A DNA stretch of 64,000 nucleotides, taken from an uncultured Nitrososphaerota archaeon (GTDB lineage Archaea; Thermoproteota; Nitrososphaeria; Nitrososphaerales; CADDZS01). The notes under the pieces were generated by a model. The model was not told where the DNA came from and made no database searches. It worked only from the letters and a program-made list of their open reading frames with translations. The stretch spans positions 64,001 through 128,000 of the forward strand of contig CAWCYI010000001.1 in the NCBI GenBank assembly GCA_963799845.1, in the 5' to 3' direction. This document shows positions 39,686 through 49,385 of this stretch, piece by piece (within the stretch, counting starts at the first letter, position 1; every line of letters starts with the position of its first letter). A program made the position numbers and the translations under genes.

Positions 39686-41107
39686 CTAGACGGGAATATG
39701 TTGCTCACTTGTGATTCTCGATGATTCCTCGAAATTGATCAACTGGGGAATGAATGTAATCAGCAATATCGCCATCCACGGTGTTACTTCTCTTGGAAGC
39801 AGAATGAGAGCAGCGCTGAAGATTTCAAAAACTATAGCTCGGCTCTTGCTTGCGAAAAGCGGTACCGCCAGAGGTGTGATGCCGGCAAAATAATATTTGT
39901 AGACTCCTCTTCCAAACAGACTAAGAAACAGGAGAAGCGCAGTCAGGCTGTAAATGAGCAATTCCGTTGCTGTGGGCCGACGCTCCAAGACTGAGTAGAT
40001 CCTAGTTTTTCTGACCGGTTGTAAGCCGTGGTCCAACTTTCGAATAATTTTCAGGACAGAGATTCTGATCGTTTCAGAAATCTCGAAAGCGGCGTAAGAT
40101 ATCGCGGTCTTCAGATTTCGAATGCCGACCCCGAACTGCAAGAGCAAAATTGCATACGCGATGCCGAAAACATAGTTCAAGAGCAGATAAGATTCGACTG
40201 CTAGAGACTTTAGATCGACGAACCTGACCAGCCCCAAAAAGGTCGTCAATCTCGTCGGCTGCGAAAGATCGTACGTAAATGTCGTCGGGGTACTGCTGCT
40301 CCCTCCGGGTGGTATCCCAAAGATTGGCAGTTGAAGGGCCCAGAAGTAAAGCTGGGGGTTTTGAAAAATGTACGGTGTGGATATGAGAACTAGAATTGCT
40401 ACGAAGAGAACAATGAAGGTCAAAACCTTCTTCCTCGATTGCCTATCGGTCCTGATCATCCAGATCAGGAAAATCGGAAATATCAACACGGCCGTCTGCT
40501 TTAGAGCGGTTGCGAGCGCAAGACAGATCGAGGATAGAGCCCACTCCTGCTTCAACAAGAAGTAGAGTGCGAGTACGACGAAGAAAGTCGTGGGCGCGGG
40601 GTTTAGCCACATGAGATCATTGTAAAACAGATTGATTGGATTGAAAATCCAGAACAGGGAGATAGCAAACGCGATTCTGGAGTTTCCTCGAAACAGGAAA
40701 TCTTTCAGGATCAGGTAAAGCGGAATGACTGTCAGCGCGTCGAAGAAAACGAGCGGAATCGCTGAAGACCAGATGTAATTCAGGAGTGCAAAGCCTGAAA
40801 TCAGGTAAAGAAACAGCGGCGGATAGTTGTAGACTATCGGTAGATTGTAAGCGCTCTTCCCCGAGAGAAACGGGTTGACCAGGCACCTCAGGTAAAGGTC
40901 CCTATAGTCGGTGTAGGCTTCGACATCCCCATATGGGGCTGAGTAAATGGAAGGATTCCCCGGAGTATTGGAACCGCACACTGTGAGCTGGGTGCGTGTA
41001 GCGAGAACCCCCATTATGGCAACACTCACGAGAAATATCGAGAACTTTACGGCGAATGAGATCGCGACAGCCGAACTCAGTCCGAACAGTCTCCTTTCGG
41101 CTGCCAT
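39686..41107 (-). CDS. GT-C fold membrane glycosyltransferase (GT87/PIG-M-like)
   Basis: Multi-TM; YTD, YNYPPL, FNPINL, LKQ motifs. Confidence 0.7.
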   Translation of the reverse strand: MAAERRLFGLSSAVAISFAVKFSIFLVSVAIMGVLATRTQLTVCGSNTPGNPSIYSAPYGDVEAYTDYRDLYLRCLVNPFLSGKSAYNLPIVYNYPPLFLYLISGFALLNYIWSSAIPLVFFDALTVIPLYLILKDFLFRGNSRIAFAISLFWIFNPINLFYNDLMWLNPAPTTFFVVLALYFLLKQEWALSSICLALATALKQTAVLIFPIFLIWMIRTDRQSRKKVLTFIVLFVAILVLISTPYIFQNPQLYFWALQLPIFGIPPGGSSSTPTTFTYDLSQPTRLTTFLGLVRFVDLKSLAVESYLLLNYVFGIAYAILLLQFGVGIRNLKTAISYAAFEISETIRISVLKIIRKLDHGLQPVRKTRIYSVLERRPTATELLIYSLTALLLFLSLFGRGVYKYYFAGITPLAVPLFASKSRAIVFEIFSAALILLPREVTPWMAILLITFIPQLINFEESSRITSEQHIPV

Positions 41108-41167
41108 TATTTTCCTAAAGAGGATTCCAAACTAGTTTTAAGGGTATGAATCTCTTTCAAGTTCGAG

Positions 41168-41314
41168 ATGTCATTTTCTTCTGACCCCGTTTTCCAGTGG
41201 GGAGTCCTTCTCGGGATCATAGCCGCGTCGTTTTTGGCGACAGCAGTTTCACTCATCTTGGCTGATGATCATTATTCGGATTCGACGCCAGCGGTCAAAA
41301 ATAGTGAGTCATGA
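41168..41314 (+). CDS. Small single-TM protein (48 aa), absent from ORF track
   Basis: MSFSSDPVFQWGVLLGIIAASFLATAVSLILADDHY...; its stop overlaps the next ATG (ATGA). Confidence 0.55.
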   Translation: MSFSSDPVFQWGVLLGIIAASFLATAVSLILADDHYSDSTPAVKNSES

Positions 41315-41850
41315 TAATCCAATTGCTGGCTCATTTGTTGAATAGCTATCTCCAGACGGGTAACGATCCGGTCGCGCTTGCTGAATGGTTCGTCGCTTCA
41401 GTTGCGATCATAATTGTTGTGACGCTCGTCTACATTTTTGTCCTTGGAAAATCGCCTCCCCCTGAGGGGTTGACCGAGGCCAAGCTCGAAATGCAAACAG
41501 AGCAAGACAGCATGGTTGATAGTTCTTCAATCCTTGCCGATGCCCATAGTGCTCTAAGTCGTGGAGATCAGCGAAAGGCGGTCGAGCTCTCAGTTAGGGC
41601 GACCAGTCTGACACTGTCGAGTCTGTTAAGATCCCGTGGAGTGGATCCGTCGAACATGAATGTCAGCGACATGGCGTACGTTTTCCAGACAAAATCACCA
41701 GGTACGGCTGACATCACCCAGCCGATATACCAGCTGAACCTGCTCCACTTGAAAGCCGCAAGGGGAGAGCCAATCACCGCACAGGAAGCTGAATGGTCAA
41801 TAAACACGGCTGCTTGGATCTCGCAAATCAATGCGAGTTTGCAGGCCTAG
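41311..41850 (+). CDS. Membrane-anchored protein with helical (possibly HEPN-like) C-domain
   Basis: One TM helix, then a helical bundle ending ITAQEAEWSIN; the HEPN Rx4-6H motif is absent. Confidence 0.6.
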   Translation: MIIQLLAHLLNSYLQTGNDPVALAEWFVASVAIIIVVTLVYIFVLGKSPPPEGLTEAKLEMQTEQDSMVDSSSILADAHSALSRGDQRKAVELSVRATSLTLSSLLRSRGVDPSNMNVSDMAYVFQTKSPGTADITQPIYQLNLLHLKAARGEPITAQEAEWSINTAAWISQINASLQA

Positions 41851-42161
41851 GTAAGTTCGATGAGGAAGGCCTTCTTGTCCCTGATAGCTCTTTCAGTCTG
41901 ACGAAGCACTTCCTCAAAAGACTGCCCGAGCACTTCGTATTTCAAGTCCGCCTTTATTTTCTTGACTTTTTCCGAAATGACCACCGAGTCCTGAGCGTCA
42001 ATGATGATGACTGTATTACCCTTGAAATCCTTCGGAATCAATATGGCGCGATTGGTCTGGACGAACTTGACAAACATCCTCGCGGTCATGTAAGGGTTCA
42101 TCAATTCTCCCAGAGTGACCCTCATAGTAACTGGCAAACCTCGATCCACAACTAAATTCAA
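41847..42161 (-). CDS. Hypothetical protein
   Basis: GGGAGG SD 8 nt before TTG; 104 aa, globular-looking. Confidence 0.6.
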   Translation of the reverse strand: MNLVVDRGLPVTMRVTLGELMNPYMTARMFVKFVQTNRAILIPKDFKGNTVIIIDAQDSVVISEKVKKIKADLKYEVLGQSFEEVLRQTERAIRDKKAFLIELT

Positions 42162-42362
42162 GACTTCAGCCTCCCTTGTAGTTATTCGTATCTGGTCGGG
42201 AGACTCTCGGGAACTCTGTTGTTGCTGGTCGAAAAGTACTCTTTCTGAAGAATGAAGCTAATCGATCAGCGTCGACTTTTCACAAATGAGGTCGACTTAC
42301 TGATTCGGCAATTTAGTCGCGCATAATGAAATCGGCGCATCAATCCGGGTTTTGATAACTGA

Positions 42363-43730
42363 CTAGCCGCCTGGTTTGCTGTATCGGTACAGGTGGAACA
42401 TTACCGCGAAAAGCATCAGAACTGCACCCAGATCGAACATAGTAAGATTTGGAAAGTTCTTCACAGCAGCAAGAGCCGCATTCGCATTTAGGAACACTTC
42501 AAATCCAAACATTGCGGCTAGTACTGCGACAATCCATCTTGAAGAAATGAAATTGACAGTCGCCTGAGGCTTCTTGCCCCGGGCTATCTTTCCTCCTCCC
42601 TTGGAAGCCCAGTACCGAAGCAGGGAATAAGTTCCTACATAAGAGAGCGCAGCAACAAGAACCATTCCTCCGAATATTTGAACTGGATCAATAAACAGGG
42701 CGGAAGTTGGAGTCAGCGCGCTTTCATTGATGTAGAATCCCCAGTATGTGGTAAGTAGTATCTGAGCGATACTGGCTATTCCTAGAGCCGTAAAGAAAGG
42801 TCTATCCTTCCAAGAGAACTTCTTGCTCTTGTCAACGAACGGAATTACCAAGAACATTAGAATAAACAACGTCGGGATCAAGATTCCCGCCACAAACTTT
42901 GGCATGAAGGTCCTGAGGAAGGCGTAGAGACTCGTAAGGTACCATTCAGGAAGAGTATATCCTGGGTTTACGGTGGGCGTATATTGCACTCCAAGTGAGA
43001 CGGGATACATTCCGCCTAGCAAGAGAACAGCACCCGTTACCGCGGAAATTATGGGAATATCGAACGTCAGATTCCGCGGAAAATGCACGAGCATCAGGAT
43101 TATCATTACAACGGGAATTATGAAGATGTGAGCCGCGTAAAACCTAAGAATAAAGTCTGGGAAGCCCTGACCGAATAGTGTGTGCACAAGAGTTGGACCA
43201 AGCACCGGGGCAGAATAGTTCAGAGATACCCCAATGCTCACCGCAAGCACGGCTCTGGTATTGAGGATAATGTCATAGCCCGTGAAAGCCTCGAGGACCG
43301 TTAGCGTCCCAAATATTATTCCGGTAACCCAGATTATCTCGTTCCTGATCTTAAATCGACCACTAAAGTAGTTGTAATACATGTGAGCGAGTGCAAGGAA
43401 AACCATTGCATCCGAAGCGAAATAGTGAATGTTTCGAACGATCTCTCCATAAGGAAGAGTGTTATTGATAAGCTGAACACTCAACCACGCTCCAGATAGC
43501 GAAGGGGTGTAGAAGAGCATCAGAAGCGCTCCGGTAATCCCGAGAATTAAGAACATGAGGAACGTAAGAAATCCCAGAAAAGGAAGAGGGCTGACGAATC
43601 TTTTGGGAAGGGTGATCTTGAAGGCCAACCAGCCGGTTCTGTCGAGGCGATCTACAAGCCAATCGTAAAACTTCACTATGAGGTAAACAATCGTTATCCT
43701 CTCTTTTTCCACGGGTTGCGATTGCGACAT
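42363..43730 (-). CDS. petB: Cytochrome b of bc-type complex III
   Basis: Heme His in RNIH, LAHM, AAHI, LVHF; PEWY motif. Confidence 0.93.
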   Translation of the reverse strand: MSQSQPVEKERITIVYLIVKFYDWLVDRLDRTGWLAFKITLPKRFVSPLPFLGFLTFLMFLILGITGALLMLFYTPSLSGAWLSVQLINNTLPYGEIVRNIHYFASDAMVFLALAHMYYNYFSGRFKIRNEIIWVTGIIFGTLTVLEAFTGYDIILNTRAVLAVSIGVSLNYSAPVLGPTLVHTLFGQGFPDFILRFYAAHIFIIPVVMIILMLVHFPRNLTFDIPIISAVTGAVLLLGGMYPVSLGVQYTPTVNPGYTLPEWYLTSLYAFLRTFMPKFVAGILIPTLFILMFLVIPFVDKSKKFSWKDRPFFTALGIASIAQILLTTYWGFYINESALTPTSALFIDPVQIFGGMVLVAALSYVGTYSLLRYWASKGGGKIARGKKPQATVNFISSRWIVAVLAAMFGFEVFLNANAALAAVKNFPNLTMFDLGAVLMLFAVMFHLYRYSKPGG

Positions 43731-43742
43731 TTCTACTCTAGC

Positions 43743-44834
43743 CTAACAATTTTGCCCGCAACCGATCTGCCCAACAACGCCAAACGCGGAAAATGTCCCG
43801 TCCGTATTTATCTTTAGTTTGATAATCGGCAGCTGATTGTTTGGAGCTACCTGCAAAGAAGCAGGCCCTGCAACTGCCAGACCAGGGGGTTTATTGTCCG
43901 CAGCAGGAAGAGCCGGATATTGACCCATTCCGGGAACATACTGGCTGCCGTGACAGGGGCACTCCATTCTTTCATCGGTGTTAACGTAACTCCAAAGACA
44001 CCAGAGATGAACGCAAACCCTGCTAAAGCCCACATACACGTTCCCGTCAGAATCTGTCGTCGAAAGATCCGCAGGGGCCGTGAACCCATTTGGAAGTTTA
44101 ATCGCGACGCACTGTCGGAAGGTATCATTATCAATATTCGAATTCCCAGTCCTCGGATAAACAAAAGTTACCCAGTTCAGATGAGTGGGATCATTAAATG
44201 TCGAGGCTGTGACAGTTGCGCCAGTTATCGAATCAAGAATTACTTGACTTGAGATAGTGCTCTGGCCGACAGAGCCTTGCAGAAACGGCCCTAGCGCTCC
44301 GAATTGAACTACGGCGACTAGTCCTCCTAAAACTACCAATCCTCTCATGAAATTTCTCCGAGAAATTTCTTCCTTTGATTCTGTCTTCTTGACCGGAGTT
44401 GTAGGACGAGCAACGGAAGGAGATGAAACGACTGGTCTAGCTACCGCGGGAGTGGCTGGCGCGCCAATAGAAGTCGCAGGCTTTGGGGAAGATCCAACCG
44501 GAGTGCCAATAGATGGTCGAGATCCGATCGGGGTTCCTATCGTGGGTCTCGCGACAGAAGTTCCTACCGGAGTTCCTATCGTCGGCGGTTTTGGGGCGGG
44601 CGTAGCAGCCTGAGGCGGACGGGGAGGTGTAGATGCAGCGGCTGGAGTCCCAATCGGAGTTCCAATTTTCGGCCGACCGATTGGAGTTCCAATCGTCGGT
44701 CTTTTGACTGTCGTTGGAGTAACAGGTTTTGATTGCTGTTCATCTTTCTGAACGGTCGCCTCGGATGAAGTTTGCGAACTCTTATCTGAAGATTCATCCG
44801 CTTTCTTATCCGTGTCATCTGCACTATCTGACAA
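43743..44834 (-). CDS. Rieske [2Fe-2S] protein with long N-terminal repeat extension
   Basis: Tat motif SRRNF plus TM helix, CVHLWC and CPCHGS boxes. Confidence 0.93.
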   Translation of the reverse strand: MSDSADDTDKKADESSDKSSQTSSEATVQKDEQQSKPVTPTTVKRPTIGTPIGRPKIGTPIGTPAAASTPPRPPQAATPAPKPPTIGTPVGTSVARPTIGTPIGSRPSIGTPVGSSPKPATSIGAPATPAVARPVVSSPSVARPTTPVKKTESKEEISRRNFMRGLVVLGGLVAVVQFGALGPFLQGSVGQSTISSQVILDSITGATVTASTFNDPTHLNWVTFVYPRTGNSNIDNDTFRQCVAIKLPNGFTAPADLSTTDSDGNVYVGFSRVCVHLWCLWSYVNTDERMECPCHGSQYVPGMGQYPALPAADNKPPGLAVAGPASLQVAPNNQLPIIKLKINTDGTFSAFGVVGQIGCGQNC

Positions 44835-45081
44835 AAAGCAGACCTTGCGCCAAAATCGGAACCTGAAATATTGTATTTAAGGATTGAGAAAGAAAATAAA
44901 ATTCTTCAAAAAATCAAAGAAAATTTTCGCAGACTCTTCTCAATGAAAATTTCGAAATTTGGGCTCCGAATCAGATCAGAAAAATCGCACTGTGAATTGC
45001 AATTTCATTTTTTAGAATTACAAAATCCAATTCAATAATGCTTAAATGAAGATTTCAGATCGGAAGGGTTCGGAACTTTCT

Positions 45082-45765
45082 ATGGCTTCGCCGCCAACCA
45101 AGACTCTAACAGCGACGGGGCCTTTACTGATCGTGATTGTTGTGCTCGCGGCAGCGTTAATAGGTTATTATCAAATTGTATATTATCCAACCGTCGCGCC
45201 TACCTCCACGACCGAGACATTCGTTCCCTCGACAAAACTGAATGTTACGGTTACTATTCCTACCGGTGCGGCTTCCTCGGGAAAACCGACCGCGTACTAT
45301 TTTGCTCCGGATGCGATAACCGTCGTCGCCGGTTATAATTCAACTGTGATTTGGAAGAATAACGACAGCGCGATTCACACCGTCACGGCTGCCCCCGGTT
45401 CGCCAGATCCAAGATTCAATCTCTTTGGTCCCACCAGTCAACCCTGGAATAATATCAACCCCAGTCAGGAAGTGAATTTCACCTTCACGACTCCCGGCAC
45501 TTACAATTATTCGTGCTCCTATCACGTGTGGATGAAGGGTGAAGTCATTGTCCTCGCCGGAAATTCGTCGGCCTCGTCAACTTCTGGCCAGGCTGCTGCC
45601 GCAATCCTGTCAAATGTTCACCTGTCTCTGAGTAGGGCAATGACCTTTGCGAGAAGCCTGGCGACGCGGATAGGTTCGGGAGCTGCTCCTTGGAGGGTGA
45701 ATTTGTCGAGCAATCTTTTTGAATTGTTCTGGTTGATTCCAGCCGTTCTGACAAAGACTTCGTAG
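45082..45765 (+). CDS. Membrane-anchored blue copper (cupredoxin/plastocyanin-like) protein
   Basis: TM anchor, W.N.D...HTVT, C-SY-H-VW-M type-1 Cu ligands. Confidence 0.9.
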   Translation: MASPPTKTLTATGPLLIVIVVLAAALIGYYQIVYYPTVAPTSTTETFVPSTKLNVTVTIPTGAASSGKPTAYYFAPDAITVVAGYNSTVIWKNNDSAIHTVTAAPGSPDPRFNLFGPTSQPWNNINPSQEVNFTFTTPGTYNYSCSYHVWMKGEVIVLAGNSSASSTSGQAAAAILSNVHLSLSRAMTFARSLATRIGSGAAPWRVNLSSNLFELFWLIPAVLTKTS

Positions 45766-46205
45766 CCTGTTTTCAAAAGTATTTTTTCTGATTTTCCCAG
45801 TTTTTCTAGAAGGGCAATCTTTTCTTCAGCAACCTTTGAAGGAAATCTCGCCCGGATGTTTGCGGAGAGATCCGCTGATGATTTGCTGAAAGTCATCGCC
45901 AGTAGGGGAACCTGGAGTTTAGCAAATAGCGTGTCGATATCCAGTACGTTATAGAGGCTGAGCACGCTTCCTGATATCATGATGGCGTTTACGTCATTTC
46001 TCTGAAGATTCCCAAACAGTCTTAACACAGCTTTCGTTGCGTCATTTCCTGAGACCTTCAAGACACCTAGGGCGAATCCGTCGATCACCAGATCACTCCT
46101 GATAACGACCCCCGCTAGCGTCGAGAATTGCTGTTCCTTCTTGAAACTCTCAGCGACTCCCAAAACACGTAGGGCTTTTTTCTCCAAATGCAGTTCCGAG
46201 CGCAA
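45618..46205 (-). CDS. DUF99 family (endonuclease V-like/dU) protein
   Basis: RVLGVAESF, GVVIRSDLVIDG, GNDAT, PEPIRVARLLA. Confidence 0.88.
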   Translation of the reverse strand: MRSELHLEKKALRVLGVAESFKKEQQFSTLAGVVIRSDLVIDGFALGVLKVSGNDATKAVLRLFGNLQRNDVNAIMISGSVLSLYNVLDIDTLFAKLQVPLLAMTFSKSSADLSANIRARFPSKVAEEKIALLEKLGKSEKILLKTGYEVFVRTAGINQNNSKRLLDKFTLQGAAPEPIRVARLLAKVIALLRDR

Positions 46206-46454
46206 TGTGTAGTTAGTCCTATTGATTCTGACAGACCCCTTTATTTATTCGAGCTGGAAAAAGGAGTTCAAAGTCAGCAAGTTTACTCAACATGAGTAGC
46301 GCCCGATAATTTTTGGTACTGGCCGGGGCAGTTTAAACAAATTCTTGAACTATTCGAAGTTCTAGACTCGAACGTATCGGCCCACAGAATACACAATTTA
46401 ATTACAACTGGAACCCAAATACGTACTTGGGATAAGGATTTGACGTTCTACAAC

Positions 46455-46586
46455 ATGAATATTGACGCTATTGCGATGCCCTGTCCGATCTGTGAAGAGG
46501 CCGAGCGGAAATTCGACGAATTGTCCTCGACTCACTTGGAAATGTTTGGCGAGCATCTCAAGAAAAGCCACGGAATGACGAACTGA
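46455..46586 (+). CDS. Small C2H2 zinc-finger protein (43 aa), absent from ORF track
   Basis: MNIDAIAMPCPICEEAERK...FGEHLKKSHGMTN*: CxxC...HxxxxH. Confidence 0.6.
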   Translation: MNIDAIAMPCPICEEAERKFDELSSTHLEMFGEHLKKSHGMTN

Positions 46587-46771
46587 TCATTTTTTTCAAA
46601 TTCAATTCTTGGACGCACCTGAACAGGCGTCAAGAAACTCGATTCAAATTGAGCGGTGCTTTTCCCAACCAGATCTCATTGAACGATTTTCAGACACTCA
46701 TCGAAAATAAAAATTGTGAGGATGGCGTCTTTCCTCTGGCGCCATTCGTTTTGTTCCGTGTGCTGATGTAT

Positions 46772-46999
46772 TTAGCGTGAAGCGGAAGATCCGGAGTGAC
46801 TCCAAACGTACAAGGCTGCGAGCATAACTATAGAGCCTGCCAATCCAGAAACCATAGCGCCTACGATCTCCGAACTGGAGAACAATTCCTCTATTGCTAT
46901 GATGAATGGCACTCTCACAAGGAATGCTATGAAACCTAGAGCGTATCCGAGAAGCCAGAATCCGAAAATTATCGGTCCACGACTCGTTTGAGCTGTCAT
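46772..46999 (-). CDS. Small two-TM membrane protein
   Basis: Two hydrophobic helices. Confidence 0.6.
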   Translation of the reverse strand: MTAQTSRGPIIFGFWLLGYALGFIAFLVRVPFIIAIEELFSSSEIVGAMVSGLAGSIVMLAALYVWSHSGSSASR

Positions 47000-47112
47000 G
47001 GAAACGATTTGGCTTGGCAAGCCTATAGAGCCGCTGAGTAAACTTTCGTTGACAAATTATGCAAAAGGCGGCCGTTCGTGTTTGACCTTGTCTCAAGTGA
47101 GGAATTTAGGTC

Positions 47113-47450
47113 TCAGGCCTCAACCACGCACCACTTTCCCTGACCTTCAAAAAACTGAACCCGCGTCACGGGCATGGACTTTTTCATTTCTGAGAAGATC
47201 CAGTTTGCGATGTTTTCCGAAGTAGGGCGCTCAAATTTTTGGTTGAGGTCTTTGTGGTCCAGTTGAGAGAGAATATCCCACTCTTGTTCTCCATGTCCTT
47301 AAAGTCCATAATCATTCCATCCGGCCGGACCTCCCCGAACAATTCTACGATCACCTTCGCCGTGTGCCCGTGCAGGACTCCGCATTTTGGGTGCCCCGGC
47401 AGAAGGTGGCTGTAATCCACGAAAAATTCCATTCCGAGGCCTGTCTTCAT
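47113..47450 (-). CDS. queD: 6-carboxytetrahydropterin synthase QueD/PTPS (frameshift near 47285)
   Basis: SH..PGHPKCGVLHGH, MDF; second frame gives LDHKDLN...PTSENIANWI...FEG. Confidence 0.85.
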
Positions 47451-48274
47451 TCAAAGGTCCTCTCTATTTCCGATACAGCATTGTGCTTGTGAATTGACTC
47501 GTAGGAAGTCGCTCTTATCTTGACCCGCCCTTTGAACTTCAGATTTCTCGCCTGCTTGAAGCAGTCTCTGGCAACGTCTTCGACGAATTTCGGATTACGG
47601 AACATTGCCTCCACAACTGCCGCTTCGTCGCTAGTTTTTAGAACAGTGTAAGTTGGAGAGCTGAAACTATTTTCACAAATGTCAATCAGCTCTTCCAGCG
47701 GAATTTTTTCTTTTATGGGAGCTTCAATCTGTAAATCTAGTTCCGCCCGCTGGACGTGCGCCTTGCCCCTTGTAGTTTCTAGGCTGTGTGGGCAGAGAGT
47801 GTTTCCGATCGCCTTGACTCTCAAGCTCTTGTAAATCTCCTCGCCGCGAACGATTACTCCAACCGAGACGTCGTAAGGCTCATCGGTCTTTTTGTTTGTA
47901 ACCGGAGTATGTCTTCCCAAGAACAAGATCGTTTTTATCATCACTTCTCCGTTCGAATATCTGTGTCTCTTCTTTAACTCAGAGAGAATATACATCCCGA
48001 GTTTTTCAAATGACTCCTTTGATTTCCTAGAACCCTTCGAAACGACATCGTTGATTGATTCGACGAGCCGTGACATGTGAATCCCTTTTCGATCCTCATC
48101 AAGATCTATGAAAAGATCAATTTCTGCCGTAAAGTGGGTGTCACCGCTTCTATTGGAGAGTTTCAGTCCTGTTCTGAGCCCAGAGATCCCGACGCGATCG
48201 ATCGTCTCTCTGACATTCGGAAGTCGATCCTGAGTTGATTGTTGCTGTTGTCGCAGTGACTGAGAATATGTCAT
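47447..48274 (-). CDS. mptA: GTP cyclohydrolase MptA/FolE2 family
   Basis: DRVGI, KGIHMSRL, TLCPHS, AHVQR, LKTSDE, NPKFVEDVAR, ESIHKHNA. Confidence 0.9.
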   Translation of the reverse strand: MTYSQSLRQQQQSTQDRLPNVRETIDRVGISGLRTGLKLSNRSGDTHFTAEIDLFIDLDEDRKGIHMSRLVESINDVVSKGSRKSKESFEKLGMYILSELKKRHRYSNGEVMIKTILFLGRHTPVTNKKTDEPYDVSVGVIVRGEEIYKSLRVKAIGNTLCPHSLETTRGKAHVQRAELDLQIEAPIKEKIPLEELIDICENSFSSPTYTVLKTSDEAAVVEAMFRNPKFVEDVARDCFKQARNLKFKGRVKIRATSYESIHKHNAVSEIERTFE

Positions 48275-48347
48275 GCAGAAAAGCTCGATCTTCGGAGCCT
48301 ATTGTCAAAAAATGGTATAAAAGAATGCGGGATACGAATTTTTCCGG

Positions 48348-49385
48348 TGTTTTTTCCAGAAATCATTTCGCATCTGTCAGGAGACCTCCATAGACAAAGG
48401 ATATTCAAGAGCATCTAACTGCGGCATCTTCTCGTAGTAAGCCTGGGTTGGCGTCTTGAGGTCAAGGGCTCCATGAGGCCTCACTTCATTGTACCACTTC
48501 ATGAACTCATCTATCGAGGAGAACCACTTGATCTTACTCTCGAATATGTCGAAGAACTTCTCGATCTTGCCGTTCGTCTGGGGGTGGTTGACTCTTCCGA
48601 GGATGAATCTTATCTTGTGCTTCAAGAGACACCTCTCGAATTCTGTCATCCCCTTCTCCCTCCTCTCAGATTCCATCGTGTAAAATGTGGTTCCGTGGTC
48701 GGATAGGATCGATGCAGGTTTGCCGTGTTCCTTCATGGCGCTCTCAAGACAGGAAACAGAGTACTCCGAGGTCAGCGTTTCATGGACCCCAAATCCGGTA
48801 ATGAGACGAGAAGCATCATCTTCATAGCAGGTGAGCCACTTGCCCTTCCACCTCGGATCCTTTACCTCGTGCCAGTCCGTATGCCATAATGAATTCGAGT
48901 GTTCCCTCTCGTATCTGACCCACTTCCTCCTTATCCACTTCTTCCTAGAGTTTGACGCAAAGGAGTTCATCAGGAGCACCCTGTGTATCCTGTTGTGGTT
49001 GATGTGAATCTTGCTATCGCTCTCGATCTTTCGTTCAAGGTAGAGGGCGTTTGCCCTATATCTCTGATAAGCATCAATGACGAGTGAAGTTTCCTCGTCG
49101 GTAATTGGAATGCTTTTCCTTCCTGGTTTCTTGAGGAGGAGAGGCACACCCCCACCTTTCCTATGCTGGGCAAGTATCTGCTCAACCCTCCTCTTTGACA
49201 CCCCGAGCTGGAGAGCAATGTTTGCGCAGGTCTCGCCCCTTTCTCTAGCTCTGAAGAGGTAACTGATCTTGTCGCTATCAAGACTTCGCGGGCACATGTT
49301 TCTCGTAACGCTTTGTTACGCTCTTCCAAAACTCTCCCAGTCTACTCCTGTTTACCAGCTTGCGAAATAATTGTCGGAAAAGAGA
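48348..49385 (-). mobile_element. IS481-family insertion sequence
   Basis: Imperfect 25-bp TIRs (TGTTTTTTCCAGAAATCATTTCGCA / TGCGAAATAATTGTCGGAAAAGAGA) flanked by a 15-bp direct repeat TACGAATTTTTCCGG (48333-48347, 49386-49400). Confidence 0.88.
48377..49297 (-). CDS. IS481 DDE transposase
   Basis: N-terminal HTH, WHTD, DDASR, ILSDHG, HPQTNGKIEK, YNEVRPH. Confidence 0.92.
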   Translation of the reverse strand: MCPRSLDSDKISYLFRARERGETCANIALQLGVSKRRVEQILAQHRKGGGVPLLLKKPGRKSIPITDEETSLVIDAYQRYRANALYLERKIESDSKIHINHNRIHRVLLMNSFASNSRKKWIRRKWVRYEREHSNSLWHTDWHEVKDPRWKGKWLTCYEDDASRLITGFGVHETLTSEYSVSCLESAMKEHGKPASILSDHGTTFYTMESERREKGMTEFERCLLKHKIRFILGRVNHPQTNGKIEKFFDIFESKIKWFSSIDEFMKWYNEVRPHGALDLKTPTQAYYEKMPQLDALEYPLSMEVS

